Origin: Octopus sinensis
Lineage: Eukaryota
Assembly: GCF_006345805.1 (NCBI RefSeq)
Contig: NC_043011.1
Location: forward strand, 8,990,001 to 9,054,000
Direction: 5' to 3'
Length of the DNA: 64,000 bases
The notes under the pieces were generated by a model. The model had not been told where the DNA came from, searched no databases, and saw nothing but the letters and a program-made list of their open reading frames with translations. The position numbers and the translations under genes are program-made. Below are positions 27,906-42,188 of this stretch, one piece after another. Every line of letters begins with the position of its first letter. Position 1 is the first letter of the stretch.

Positions 27906-28399
27906 CATTTATTTGCCACCGGGGCGAAGGATGAGGTGGACAAAACAAAGACAGACCTAAAGTGTGAGGGTTTACGTATAATGAAATGATAAAAGAATGA
28001 AAGTGTACACAACATACAATAAACAAAGAAAGTATACAGAATACACAACCATAAAGAAAAAAAGGATCGAAGAACCCCACTGCGCAAGCCCCCACCCCAC
28101 CCCACCCCAAGAAAAGGGAAAGTACTCTCTCCAATCCCTTTTCTCTGACTCACAGGTCTATACTTTGAGCGCTGCTATCATTTTCGCAACTTTCTCGATA
28201 ATGATAATAATAATGTTTCTAATTTCAGCACAAGGCCATCATATTTAAGGGAAGGGCATTTTCATCACCCTCAATAGTTGACTGGTACTTATTCAGTTGG
28301 TCCCGAAAGGGTGAAAGGAAACGTCGACCTCGGTGACGTAAAGAATCATAAGAAATGCGATTAAGCATTTTGTCAGACGCCCAATCAGCTCTAGCAAAA

Positions 28400-29460
28400 A
28401 AGGGCTTGACATTTTAAAATGTCTGAAACAGAAGATACTTACAAAATCGTAACGAGCCCGTCAATATAAAGAAGCTGTAAAGATTCTTTGAATATATCGA
28501 TCATGGATACAACAGCCATGAGTAAGTTAGCTCCAATAATATAGTGATAGATCAAACCCATCATGTGTAAATGGCAAAATACAGCAAAAAAGAATTGTAA
28601 ATATTAAACCTATTTCTATTAGAAGAGGAATATTCCAAAAGGACACCCTCTCTCCACCCGTTTTCTTCTCGAAGCTTATACTAAAATACTGAAATAGAAT
28701 GAACTTGGTTACACATGCTAAGAGAATTTGACCTGAACTGATACGCTGCAACTGATAAACAATTAAAAACACTGCTGCAGAAAGTACACGGATTCACTAA
28801 GACTGACATAGGTTTCAGTTTATAAAAATGTGCTAAAGAATCTTTGAAAAGACCAAAGTTAATTGAAAATGCAAATATCATGATAGAAAAGGAACGGTGA
28901 TATGAGAATTGCAACTAATATGTCCTCATAAATTTACGAGAATCATTTAATGTGACAAACTACAACACAAATAGATGAAAGATAAAGATATAAATATTGT
29001 AACCGTATTAGATTATTACTTAAAATGGAGCTAAATGTCAAAAATACGTTGATATCCATTGATATCCTGGCTGCTCAAATAACAATTTATACCAGTAATT
29101 TAATCTAAAACTGTTTCACGTGCTTGAATCAATTAGCCTGGTTAACTTTCGTACAAATCAATAAATGTTTTGTTTCTCGATTTCTTTATTGGATGAATAT
29201 TTTTCGGCGTATATCCGAACATCCGATGTATCTGCCACTGAAGAGACCTAATCAAATCGAAACATCGTGTCTGTCTATTCACCGAGTTTCAGAACAAAAC
29301 CCTGGGTTACTAACACAAAAATTTCATTGAAAAGTTACCGTTCCATACATATATATGTATACATTATGAATAATATACACACCAGCATTTTAAGATATAG
29401 TTATAATATTCTCAACCGTAAGCTAAATGGAATCGCAAGAGTAGACAGGAAAACAAGCAA
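28400..29460. mobile_element. Decayed Penelope-like remnant with relic hammerhead (29233-29276, +)
   Basis: Weak minus-strand RT-like peptides (VSMIDIF ~ RYVDDIF). The plus strand carries gcca-CTGAAGA-gac..atc-GAAA-catcgtg-TC-tgtc. Confidence 0.4.
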
Positions 29461-30446
29461 ATAATGACTGCATATATACAATATACCTCTTAGATCTACG
29501 AAAAGCATATATTACCACGATATCGAAGACCAGTAGGTCAAACGCAACTAGAAAAACTAATATAAAATACCCACAGTAGGATCACAAAAGCCTTTTTAAC
29601 TGAAATTCCGAAACATAATGAGGAAGAATAAAATAACGCCAGAAAAGGAACTAGAGAATGATGAAGCGACTATATTTAGGGATCTGTTGCTCCGCACAGA
29701 CAAGAATGTCAAGTTTCATCGATGGGATATTTTTGGGAAAGGACCAGCAGGAAAGAAAATAACTCTAAACTGAAGCCTAGGTCCTAACAGACGATAATTT
29801 GTCCCCAAAAGAATTGGAAAAAAATATTCAGCTATAGAGTTCTCGAAATAAAGACAAACAGAACGTAGGAATTGGTATTGGCTTTAGGGACCAGTTATGA
29901 GTGTACTGTTTAAGCTGAAGGGACAAGGCTGACTCATTTAAGAATATTGTTTTAAAAGGGAGAGACAATAACGCTTCTGGTCAAGACATAATCCATGTTT
30001 ACGACCCTTTGAAAAAGAAGAGGAAGGATCAGAGAAGACAGGAGCAATCTAAGGATCGGTCAGAACAAACGAAGAGGGGAATATTAGCCCATAGAAGAAG
30101 TCTGAGGACTGGTCTCTTGGCAATACCAAAAGTTGTTTCGTCTATTTTTGCATTAATCCCTTGCAGAGATGCCTTGCAACCGGTTCCAATGTTTGGCTCA
30201 TTCATATTCTTTATAAAAATCTGCCTGTCTGTCTGTCTGTGAGTCACTCCTGCTTTTATCGTAATTGGTGCCAAAGATATTCTGGGAGGAAACACAAATA
30301 CCACCCCCCTCGTTACTTTCCACTGATATGATATCTTTTACAAGTTTTCTGGCATTCTGGGTAATGGTAGTGTAGTATCAGATGGTGGTGTACTATAGTA
30401 GTAGTAATAGTAGTAGTAGTAGTAGCAGTAGTAGTAGTAGTAGTAT

Positions 30447-30481
<35 letters not shown>

Positions 30482-30789
30482 TAGTAGTAGTAGTAGTAGT
30501 AGCGGTTGTAGTGGTAGTGGTGGTGGTGGTGGTGGTGGTGGTGGTGAGGGTTGTGCAGTTGTGGTGTTGGAGGTGTAGTGGCAGTGGTAAACACTGGTAG
30601 TGTTGATGTCAGTAGTGAGAGGCAGAGACGGTGGCATTAGTGCCAGTATTGGTAGTGGCGGCGGCAGCGGTGTTGGTGGTGATCTGATGCTGTTGTTGTT
30701 GCTGTTGTTGTTGTGGTTGTTAACATTACACAAGTGTTTCATCAGTGAAAGAGAGCATAATGGCTGCGTTGTAGGGAGGCAACGTGCTG

Positions 30790-30846
30790 TTGTAGTGATG
30801 ATGGTGATGATGATGATGGTGATGATGATGATGGTGATGATGATGG

Positions 30847-30877
<31 letters not shown>

Positions 30878-31183
30878 TGGTGATGGTGATGACGATGATG
30901 ATGATGATGATGATGATGATGGTGATGGTGATGGAGATGATGGTGATGATGATGATGATGGTGATGATGATGGTGATGATGATGATGATGATGGTGATGG
31001 TGATGGAGATGATGATGATGATGGTGATGATGTGTGATGGTGATGGTGATGGAGATGATGATGATGGTGATGAGATGTGGTGATGATGATGGTGATGGTG
31101 ATGGTGATGATGATGATGATGATGGTGATGGTGATGGAGATGATGATGATGATGGTGATGATGATGATGGTGATGGTGATGAA

Positions 31184-31214
<31 letters not shown>

Positions 31215-31942
31215 GTGATGGTGATGGTGATGATGATGATGGTGATGATGATGGTGATGATGATGATGGTGATGATGATGATGATGATGGTGATGATGAT
31301 GGTGATGGTGATGATGATGATGGTGATGGTGATGATGATGGTGATGGTGATGATGATGATGATGATGGTGATGGTGATGGAGATGATGATGATGATGGTG
31401 ATGATGATGATGGTGATGGTGATGGAGATGATGATGATGATGGTGATGATGATGATGGTGATGATGATGGTGATGGTGATGGTGATGGTGATGATGGTGA
31501 TGATGATGGTGATGGTGATGGAGATGATGATGATGGTGATGATGATGGTGATGGTGGATGGTGATGGTGATGAGGGTGATGATGATGGTGATGGTGATGG
31601 AGATGATGATGATGAGGTGATTGATGATGGGTGATGATGATGGTGATGGTGATGGTGATGGTGATGATGGTGATGATGATGGTGATGGTGATGGAGATGA
31701 TGATGATGGTGATGATGATGGTGATGGTGATGGTGATGGTGATGATGGTGATGATGATGGTGATGGTGATGGAGATGATGATGATGATGGTGATGATGAT
31801 GATGGTGATGATGATGGTGATGGTGATGGTGATGGTGATGATGGTGATGATGATGGTGATGGTGATGGAGATGATGATGATGGTGATGATGATGGTGATG
31901 GTGATGGTGATGGTGATGATGGTGATGATGATGGTGATGGTG

Positions 31943-31974
<32 letters not shown>

Positions 31975-32455
31975 GGTGATGGTGATGGAGATGATGATGA
32001 TGATGGTGATGATGATGATGGTGATGATGATGGTGATGATGATGGTGATGGTGATGGTGATGGTGATGATGATGATGATGATGGTGATGGTGATGGAGAT
32101 GATGATGATGATGGTGATGATGATGATGGTGATGGTGATGGAGATGATGATGATGATGGTGATGATGATGATGGTGATGATGATGGTGATGGTGATGGTG
32201 ATGGTGATGATGATGATGGTGATGATGATGGTGATGATGATGATGGTGATGATGATGATGATGATGGTGATGATGATGGTGATGATGATGATGGTGATGA
32301 TGATGATGATGATGGTGATGATGATGGTGATGATGATGGTGATGATGATGGTGATGATGATGACGATGATGATGATGATGATGATGATGATGGTGATGGT
32401 GATGGAGATGATGGTGATGATGATGGTGATGATGATGGTGATGATGATGATGGTG

Positions 32456-32487
<32 letters not shown>

Positions 32488-32653
32488 GATGATGATGGTG
32501 ATGATGATGGTGATGATGATGATGGTGATGATGATGATGATGATGATGGTGATGGTGATGGTGATGGAGATGGAGAGATGATGATGATGACGATGATGAT
32601 GATGATGGTGATGGAGATGATGGTGATGATGATGATGATGATGGTGGTGATGG

Positions 32654-32684
<31 letters not shown>

Positions 32685-32700
32685 GATGATGATGATGGTA
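30790..32700. repeat. About 1.9-kb compound trinucleotide satellite (GAT/GGT with periodic GGAGAT)
   Basis: Read directly. It is the source of the poly-His, poly-D/G and poly-M/V artefact ORFs. Confidence 0.95.
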
Positions 32701-33234
32701 CTAGTGGCAGTGGTGGTGGTGGTGGTGGTGGTATGACAACCACGAGATAACTATCAACACGCACTCAATATAATGCACACGTCTGTATTGCATAATACGT
32801 GAGTGTGAGTTTTATGTATCTCGCGTTACGTAAATGTTATGCGATAAAAAACAAAACAAAAAACTGCTTCTTTCTTTATTTCTTACTCTCTCCTTTTCTA
32901 TCCCTCCCTCAATTTATGTGTATTTGTGTGTGTGTGTGTATATATATATATTTATGTGTGTGCGTTTGTATCTGTGTTTGTCACCCTACCATCGTTTGAC
33001 AACCGATGTTGGTGTGTTTACGTCCCCGTAACTTGGCGATTCAGCAAAAACAGACCGATAGAATAAGTACTAGGCTTACAAAGAATAAGTCCTGGGATCA
33101 ATTTGTTTCACTAAAGGCAATGCTCCAGCATGGCCGCAGTGAAATGACTGAAACAAATAAAAGAATATATATATATGCTTGTTTATGAGAACGCGAGTAT
33201 GTGTATAGACAAACATACATACATGTATGCAGAC

Positions 33235-33250
33235 AGACAGACAGACAGAC

Positions 33251-33312
<62 letters not shown>

Positions 33313-33369
33313 GTAGGTAGATAGATAGGTAGATAGATAGGTAGATAGATAGATAGATAGGTAGGTAGG

Positions 33370-33416
<47 letters not shown>

Positions 33417-33461
33417 GTAGATAGATAGGTAGATAGATAGATAGATAGATAGGTAGGTAGG

Positions 33462-33501
<40 letters not shown>

Positions 33502-33502
33502 C

Positions 33503-33533
<31 letters not shown>

Positions 33534-33534
33534 C

Positions 33535-33565
<31 letters not shown>

Positions 33566-33597
33566 GAATAGATAGATAGATAGATAGATAGATAGAC

Positions 33598-33676
<79 letters not shown>

Positions 33677-33712
33677 CAGATAGATAGATAGATAGATAGA
33701 TAGAGATAGATG
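33235..33712. repeat. (GATA)n/(GGTA)n/(GACA)n microsatellite
   Basis: Read directly. Confidence 0.95.
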
Positions 33713-34251
33713 TAAATATGTGCGTGTCTATCTATCAACCCATTTATTCAGTTATCTGTATAGATTGAAATAAATTTATATACACACCCATACACTCACG
33801 TATATATACTGTATGTATACATATGTATATAGATATATCCAGAAGTATATGTGTGTGTATGCGTATGTGTGCGTGTGTGTGTGTGCGTGTGTGTGTCTGC
33901 CCTACCCACTTTGCCATCCGAGTTATCTCTACCAACCCTCCATCCCCGTTCCCTTGCCAACATCTTCTTCGCCATATACAGTCATCCTCTCACATCTCAC
34001 ATCTACCTTTATGCAAACACCACCACCATCACCACCGACACCTCCCTTTCATCTAGATCTTCTTCTTCTCCTTCTTCTTCTTCTTCTTCTTCTTCTTCTT
34101 CTTCTTCTTCTTCTTCTTCTTCTTCTTCTTCTTCTTCTTCTTCTTCTTCCTTCTTCTTCTTCTTCTTCCTTCCCTTCTTCTTCTTCATCATCCCACATCA
34201 CACACACCACCACCACCACCACCACCACCACCACCACCACCACCATCACCA

Positions 34252-34285
<34 letters not shown>

Positions 34286-34839
34286 TTCTTCTTCTTTTTC
34301 TCCTCCTCCTCTCCTCTTCCTTCGTCTTCGTCGTCGTCGTCGTCGTGTTCGTATGTACCAATATATATATATATAAATAGAACGTTTATACATACATACA
34401 TATATGTATGCGAGTGTATATCTGCTATACACTCACATGTTCCTCCACGTAATATACACACACCTACATTATACCATGCAGTGTGTGTGTGTGTGTGTGT
34501 GTGTGTTCCTTTTTAATTTCTGTAACTTATGATATTTATTCGCGCATCTTTTCGCGTTGTCTTGGCAATATATTTCCAGTTCTTTCGTTCCATTTACCAT
34601 CTTTACAAATTTTCTGATGGTACCATTCTTACCATTCTTAACGGCATCACTGGCACCAAACAAACAAACACTCAACCGACCTTATCTCTGTTTCTTTATC
34701 TGTTTCCCTACCCCACCCCTATCGCTCACACACACACACACACACACACCTATACACACATAAATTTGGGTATGTCATTATACATACATATTAACGTAAA
34801 TGTATGCTTCTGTGCGTATGTGTCAACGTGTTTATATAC

Positions 34840-34989
34840 ATACATACATGCAGACATACATACATACAATACATACATACATACATACATACACACATAA
34901 ATACATACATACATACATACATACATACATACATACATACATACATACATACATACATACATACATACATACACACATACATACATACA

Positions 34990-35023
<34 letters not shown>

Positions 35024-35118
35024 CATACATACATACATACATACATACATACATACATACATACACACATACATACATACATGCAGACATACATACATAC
35101 ACACATACATACATACAC

Positions 35119-35151
<33 letters not shown>

Positions 35152-35165
35152 CATACATACATACA

Positions 35166-35199
<34 letters not shown>

Positions 35200-35240
35200 C
35201 ATACATACATATATACATACGCACATACATACATACATAC
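34840..35240. repeat. (TACA)n microsatellite; similar tracts at about 6230-6425, 26095-26222 and 47470-47728
   Basis: Read directly. Confidence 0.95.
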
Positions 35241-35332
35241 ACATTTACATGCGTATTTCTTTTCATCTAATTTTTCTCCCCTTTCTTTCTCTTTTCCTGT
35301 GCATATATGTGTGTGTACATACATGCGCGCGG

Positions 35333-35384
<52 letters not shown>

Positions 35385-35676
35385 TGTATCCTGCTCGAAC
35401 TCACGACCCAGGGATTGTGAGCCGAATACCCTAAACACTAAACCACGATACATTTTTTTTAATTATAAAAGTTGCAAAAACATCCCTAAAAACTGGTTCG
35501 TTCATCGGGGGGCAATTGCGATCAAGAATCACAACTGTCCCCCGATGAACGGGAACGGGAAACTGAGCGGTAGCTTTTTTTTTGTGATGTTTTTGCAGCT
35601 TTAATAACAAAAAAAAATCATTCTACTCTTCTTTTTTCCACCTTGTTTTGCATTCTTCTGCTTACTCGTGTATGTG

Positions 35677-35738
<62 letters not shown>

Positions 35739-35964
35739 TGTGTGTGTATGTGTGTGTGTATTCCCGGCGGCACCCTGTGTCATTGAGCAAGACACTTTAT
35801 TTCACATTGCCCTGGTTCACTCAGCTGGCAAAAAATGAGTTTGTACCTAAATATCGAAGGGCCAGCTGCGACACTTGCCCAAGGTGCCGCGCAGTGGGAC
35901 TGAACCCGGAACCATGTTGTTGGTAAGCAAGCTACTTACCACAGCCACTCCTACGCCTTTATTT

Positions 35965-36461
35965 AATATATCTTTTGGAAGAGACCACGATCACGGGAAC
36001 TATGTATCTTGATATTCTTGAACGATTCCTTGTGTCTCAGTTTCCTACAGATGGTATTCTTGACACAGTACATATTTCAAAGGCTGGGGCACCGTACCAT
36101 TATGCAACGATTGTACGAAATTATCATGACAAGCGCTTCCCTCGTCGTTGGATTGGTCATGGGGGGAAGACATCTATGGGCAGCACGCTCACCTGATTTA
36201 ACACCATTTGATTCTTTCGCTTAGGGATTCATTAAGTCTATGGTAAATACCAGAAGAAGAATTAAAGATGTAGCAGAGTTTGGGAATTTTATTACTGATG
36301 CAGTTGAAGACATAACAGCATGCAAAGTGTGTTCCAGGAAGCAATTTATCACTTTGAATTCTGCAGAGGCACCGGGGCCATGTGCAGAACGGACTCTTTG
36401 CCGCATATTTTTTTAAATGAATATATTATTCAAATTTAAGTCAGCTTTTGAAATACCCTGT
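35965..36461 (+). mobile_element. 3' fragment of a Tc1/mariner-superfamily DNA transposon
   Basis: Peptides TITGTMYLDIL, GAPYHYATIVRNY, RWIG and WAARSPDLTPFDSF resemble the WPxRSPDLTPxDFFLWG catalytic region. It ends in TIR-like CTTTTGAAATACCCTG followed by TA. Confidence 0.75.
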
Positions 36462-36464
36462 ATA

Positions 36465-36503
<39 letters not shown>

Positions 36504-36619
36504 AATATGTTCAATAAGAAATAATTTTTTTCGAAATTTTTTCTCTTATGAGGTTTTTACGCTATCTACCTGACAATTTCTTGTTAAGTTTTCCTTATTA
36601 AGTAGTTGTCCTTAATTGC

Positions 36620-36653
<34 letters not shown>

Positions 36654-36698
36654 ATATTATATATATATATATATAAATGTAATATGTGACAATTATTC

Positions 36699-36771
36699 GG
36701 TAGCCATGATAAAACTCCGAGTTTCGGATGCCGAGTGGAAATCCACGCCGCCATCTCTTCAGTTATCTACC
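36699..36771 (-). ncRNA. Type-I hammerhead ribozyme motif with extended stem II (intact-looking core)
   Basis: Minus strand reads ggta-GATAA-CTGAAGA-GATG-gcggcGTGGatttCCACtcgg-CATC-c-GAAA-CTCGGAG-TT-TTATC-atggc-tacc. Stems I, II and III all pair. Confidence 0.75.
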
Positions 36772-36895
36772 CATCGGAAAAATGTTATATATATATATAT
36801 ATATGCATGCATGTAGTATGTATGTATGTAGTATGTATGTATGTATGTATGTATGTATGTATGTATGTATGTATGTATGTATGTATACACACACT

Positions 36896-36940
<45 letters not shown>

Positions 36941-36951
36941 TATATATATAG

Positions 36952-38221
36952 CAGGTCATCCCATAAGTTCTGTACGATTTTACCTTTTTCAAAATTGAAT
37001 GAAATTTAATAGTATTTTAGAAAGTCTAATGGAATTAAAAATTATTTTTATGCATTTGCGTACATTTAAACTAATTAAATATTATTTTTCAGAATAATAG
37101 AGTTAAAATTTCTTTGATTAAAACCCTTTCTAACATGGAAGTATCCAAAGAGCATTTAAGACACATAATGCTTTATGAGTACAAAAAAGGAAACTCTGCA
37201 GCCGAAGCGACTCGAAACATACACTCAGTTTATGGGAAAGAATGCTTGAATGAAAGAACTTGCAGAAGATAGTTTGCAAAATTCAGAAGTGGAGATCTCA
37301 GCCTTAAAGATGAAGATTAAATAGGACGTCTAGTTGAGTTTGATGATAAGCTCCTTGAGGCATTGCTTGAAGAAAAATCCTGCATTATCAGTTGAAGAAT
37401 TGGCAATAAAGCTTAGTTCAAACCATACAACTGTTCATCGTCATCTTCAACAACTTAGAAAGTTTCCTAAAGTTGGAAAATAGGTGCCTCATGAATTGTC
37501 TGAAAGCAACCGCAAGTACCGAGTTGATATCTGCTCTTCTCTCCATTCTCGCGAACTCATTTCACCTTTTTTGGATAGACTTGACGAAAATGGATCTTCT
37601 ATCGAAATATTAAACGTCGTAAATAGTGGCTTGGTAAAAGGGAAAAAGCTCAACCACAACCGAGAAGGGAACTTCATGGGAAAAAGGTTCTTTTCTCTAT
37701 CTGGTGGGATTGCAGAGGAATAATTCACTTTGAATTGTTACCACCTAACGCAACAATCAATGCTCAAGTCTATTGTCAGCAATTAGAGTGTTTGAACCAA
37801 ACTTTGAAGAAGAAAAGACCCGCTTCGGTGAATCGAAAAGGAGTGATATTTCATCAGAGCAATGCGCGACCCCACACTGCAAAGTTCACATCACAGAAGA
37901 TCAAAAAGCTTGGTTGGGAAAAAATTCCTCATTCACCTTATTCTCCCGACCTTGCTCCTTCAGACTACCATTTGTTTTGTAGTTCACAGAATCATTCGGG
38001 GGACATAACTTTCGCAAGGCGGTCGAAACTGACATTTCAGAGTTCTTCGCTTTGAAACCAAAAGAGTTTTACATTGATGGGATTAAAAAGCTTGTAAATA
38101 TATGGAAGGAAGTCATAGATAATCAGGGAACGTACACTGATGATTAAATTTCAATTAAATATAACATTTGATCACTTGTTTCCGTTATTCAAATTTCGGA
38201 CAGAACTTATGAGATAACCTG
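36952..38221 (+). mobile_element. Full-length (1.27 kb) defective mariner (D,D34D) transposon in a (TA)n tract
   Basis: Imperfect TIRs: CAGGTCATCCCATAAGTTCTGTACGA at left and the reverse complement CAGGTTATCTCATAAGTTCTGTCCGA at right. The transposase starts at ATG 37135 (MEVSKEHLRHIMLYEYKKG...) and contains HQSNARPH and YSPDLAPSDYHLF, with stops and frameshifts. Confidence 0.93.
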
Positions 38222-38268
<47 letters not shown>

Positions 38269-39871
38269 TAATACAATTATACACTATACTAATTATATTT
38301 TATTTTATATTATTTTTTCAAACTCAAAGCGCAACTAATGTGTTGCCAGGGTGCTATTCGAGAGATTTGGCTGTTATTTTTAGCAAACATAGATTACTTT
38401 CACAGTCATCCTATACATTTTTCTCGATGGAATCATTCACATTTATACTTGTTTTTATTTTTGTTTAAATTTTCTTTTTTCCCAGGTTTTTTTTCTTTCG
38501 TAACTTTCCTAATTAACAATATATAATCACTTAATTATAGGGAATATGAGAACACAATGATTAACACAACGGGTGTCTATTGGTTCAGAGAGAGAACATC
38601 GTGGTGGTGATGATGATGATGGTGATGATGATCGTGATGTCGGTTATGGTTATGATCATGACGATGATGATGATCATGATCATGATGATGGTGACGGTGG
38701 CGGCGGTGGTTATGGTTGTGGTGGTAGCAGTGGGTGTGGTGGGTGGTGATATTGACGATGGTGGTGGCAGCGGTGGCAATGTCGGCGAAGGCACCGGTGG
38801 CAGCAGTGACAGTGACTCTGATGGGGGCGGGGTCTGCCGTCGTCGTCATAGCAGTGATTGTGGTGGTGGTGGTGGTGGTGGTGGTGGTGGTAGCGGCGGT
38901 GGCGGTGGCGGCGGTGGTGGCGATATGATCCGCTGCAATGGTAGAAATGACGCTAGCTTTACCTAACAATGTACATCTAATTCTTTATTTAGTTTTAGCC
39001 TTCTAGATTCCGGGTTCAAATCTTACAAGCGTTCACTTTACATTATATTTCCCCTGGGTCAAAAGAAAAGAAAAACAAAACAAACAAAAAAAGATCTTAT
39101 CGGTGTGCTATTGTCTAGTCCCGAGTTACTCCTGATCAAAGATATTCCAGCCGTGACCATCCCGACTTTTTTCTATATTCAAAATTCTAACAATCACTGT
39201 GTCTTCGAAGGTGTCAGAATGTAACCTGAGGGAGATTTAGCTGCCTCTTCTTGTTGGTCTAGCCTCACGTGGAGTAGCTCTATAGTCAACCACATTGAGT
39301 ACCAGTCATACACCACGATCCATTCAATCGATTCCACTCTTTTCTATATCTGTGTCGGGTTTTGTGCGAATGAAACGCAAAATCAACAGAGACCAAAGAC
39401 GCCGAGCTGGCAGAATCGATAGCAAGCCGGACGAAATGTTGAGCAGCATTTCGTTCGTCTTTACGTTCTGAGTTCGAATACAGCCGAGGTCAACTTTGCC
39501 CTTCATTCTTTCGGAGTCGATAAAATAGGCACCAGTTGAGCACTGGGATCAATATAATCGATTTACTCCCCACCCCACCCATCCGAAATTGCTGGCCTTG
39601 TGACAAAATTTGGAACCAATGTTACTTAGAGCCATGGGTAAGCTAGCGTTGATCACAGATTTGCAAATTGCTTTCGATTCTCGCCTGTAAACAATTTCAT
39701 TTCACTTATACTCTGTCAACACATGTCGTTCAATGAAAAGCATGTTCTGTTATGGCTGCCCACGTTATACATCTGAGGACATGAGTCTAAAGAGGTGAAT
39801 ACCATACTGTTGTACCAGTCGACCATTTCCCCTTTGATTCTGATTCAATTTCTCATTATCTATCTACCTAC

Positions 39872-39939
<68 letters not shown>

Positions 39940-39940
39940 A

Positions 39941-39973
<33 letters not shown>

Positions 39974-39983
39974 CTCTATCTAT

Positions 39984-40758
39984 CTCGAGAAACACGAGGC
40001 CGACCTGCCCGAGATGCGGTCAGAGCGACGAAACCGTTCTGCACGCTCTCGTGCAGTGTCCAACAATTTCCGACCTGTGGGCTTATGTCGAACGACTGCT
40101 GTCACGTGTGGGACAAGTCGGTTTATCAGCCGAATCTAGCGCCAATATTTTCACGCCTCCTTCCTTCAAACGGAATGGAAGAGCTATTTTCATCATCCTT
40201 GTGGCTATGACGAACGAATGTATCTGAAAGGATTGGAAACAAACACTTTCCTCTCTGGTCAATCTCCCATCAACTTCTTCAAGTATCACTTGAAAAGGAA
40301 AGTGAGAGTAGAGAGGCAAGTTTTGTTTAGCGAATGTTTTAAAAAAAGATGGGTGAATGTAGCAAGGATGGCACATATAAATGACGAAGCCACCTTGAGC
40401 ATAATCCTATGAACCCGGAAAATTTAAAACAGAGGGTTACCTACTTGCAAACAAATGTGGTAACATGTAACAATATTGACCGAGGTTACCGTGGTCTTTT
40501 CCGTGGGCTTTTCTTCCCACGGATACACCTTATCTGCTTCCCCCTTTACTCTTTACATCATGACAGTGTGATACACGATCCCTATTGATCTTTTTTTTCT
40601 TTTGTTCCTTTTCCTTTTTTTTTTCTTCTTTCCCTTTTACGATCTATTTTGATCGAAAACCTAACCCACCTCATTTTTTTCTTCCCCCCCCAAAAAAAAT
40701 GCTCTACTTTGTAATCTGTCCCGTCTGTGTGCAGCCCTGTGTGGTTAATAAAGAAACA
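39984..40758 (+). mobile_element. Tx1/L1-like LINE, 5'-truncated copy A (ORF2 C-terminal zinc motif + 3'UTR)
   Basis: Encodes TCPRCGQSDETVLHALVQCP and is highly similar to copy B. It ends AATAAAGAAACA and is flanked by (TATC)n on both sides. Confidence 0.88.
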
Positions 40759-40843
<85 letters not shown>

Positions 40844-42106
40844 GCCGTGGTTGATGATGCGCAGACACGCGCTGAGACTGCGACATCTCTGGCTCTATGT
40901 AGACGACGGTGAACAGGTGTGGTCGCCGTTTGTGAGGCCGCTTTCCCGCAGCTCGTCTCCATGACCGAACTGCAGTCGTGGATCAAAAAGAGGCCGAAGA
41001 AGGGCGAATGGCACCGCGAGTGTCGCGTTGCTCTCAAGCAACTCTGCCGTCCTGGGTCGACCTTGAGTGACTTCAACACAACCAAAGCATTCTATAGGGG
41101 ATTAGTGGAGGGGAGGTACGACGACGAGCTCGGGGCGAACCTGGACGTCGACGAGGAGTACCTGACCCGCCTGTTCAGGACGACTTTCGGGCCAGGGCCC
41201 ATGGACAACTTCCAGAGATCCCTGGCCTGGCAGTGCTACCGAGAAGCGCTACCCGTTCGGGATAAGCTCTACAGACACGGCTCGAGAAACACGGGGCCGA
41301 CCTGCCCGAGATGCGGTCAGAGCGACGAAACCGTTCTGCACGCACTCGTGCAGTGTCCAACAATTTCCGACCTGTGGGCTTGTGTCGAACAACTGCTGTC
41401 ACATGTGGGACGAGTCGGTTTATCAGCTGAGTCTATCGTTAATATTGTCACGCCTCCCTCCTTCAAACAGGAAGGAAGAGCTATTTTCATCATCCTTGTG
41501 GCTATGGCGAAAGAATAAAGAATGTATCTGGTGGACGCGTCTGAAAGGATTGGAGACAAACACTTTCCTCTCTGGTCAATCTCTCATCAACTTCTTCAAG
41601 TACCACTTGAAAAGGAAAGTGAGAGTAGAGAGGCAAGTTTTGTCTAGCGAATGTTTTAAAAAAAGATGGGTGAATGTAGCAAGAATGGCACGTATGAATG
41701 ACGAAGCCACCTTGAGCATGATCCTATGAACCCAGAAATTGAAAACAGAGAGTTGCTTATTTGCAAAAAAAAAAAAAAAAGAAATATAAAATGTGACTCC
41801 ATTGACCGAGGTTACCGTGGTCTTTTCCGTAGGCTTTTTCTTTCCACGGGTAAACCTCACCTGTCCCCCCCTTTACACTTCATATTGACATTTGTGTGAT
41901 AACGATCCCTATTGATCAATATTTTTTTTTTCTTCCTCTCCCCTTTTTTTTAACCCCCCTTTTTTTTGTCCTCTTTCTCTCCTTTTACGATCCCTTTTGA
42001 TCGAAACTCCCCCTTCCTTTTTTTTTTTTTTAAACCTTCAAAAGAAAAGCTCTACCTTGTAATTTGTTCTATCTGTGTGCAGCCCTGTGTGGCTAATAAA
42101 GAAACA
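40844..42106 (+). mobile_element. Tx1/L1-like LINE, 5'-truncated copy B
   Basis: ORF 40919-41518 contains FQRSLAWQCYREALPVRDKL and the CPRC...H...C zf-RVT motif. Same 3' end (AATAAAGAAACA) followed by (TATC)n. Confidence 0.9.

Positions 42107-42187
<81 letters not shown>

Positions 42188-42188
<1 letters not shown>

Noticed and set aside
30446-32764. 772-aa His-rich ORF (-) and D/G- or M/V-rich ORFs (+)
   Set aside because: Translations of the GAT/GGT satellite. No signal peptide, domain or splice context.
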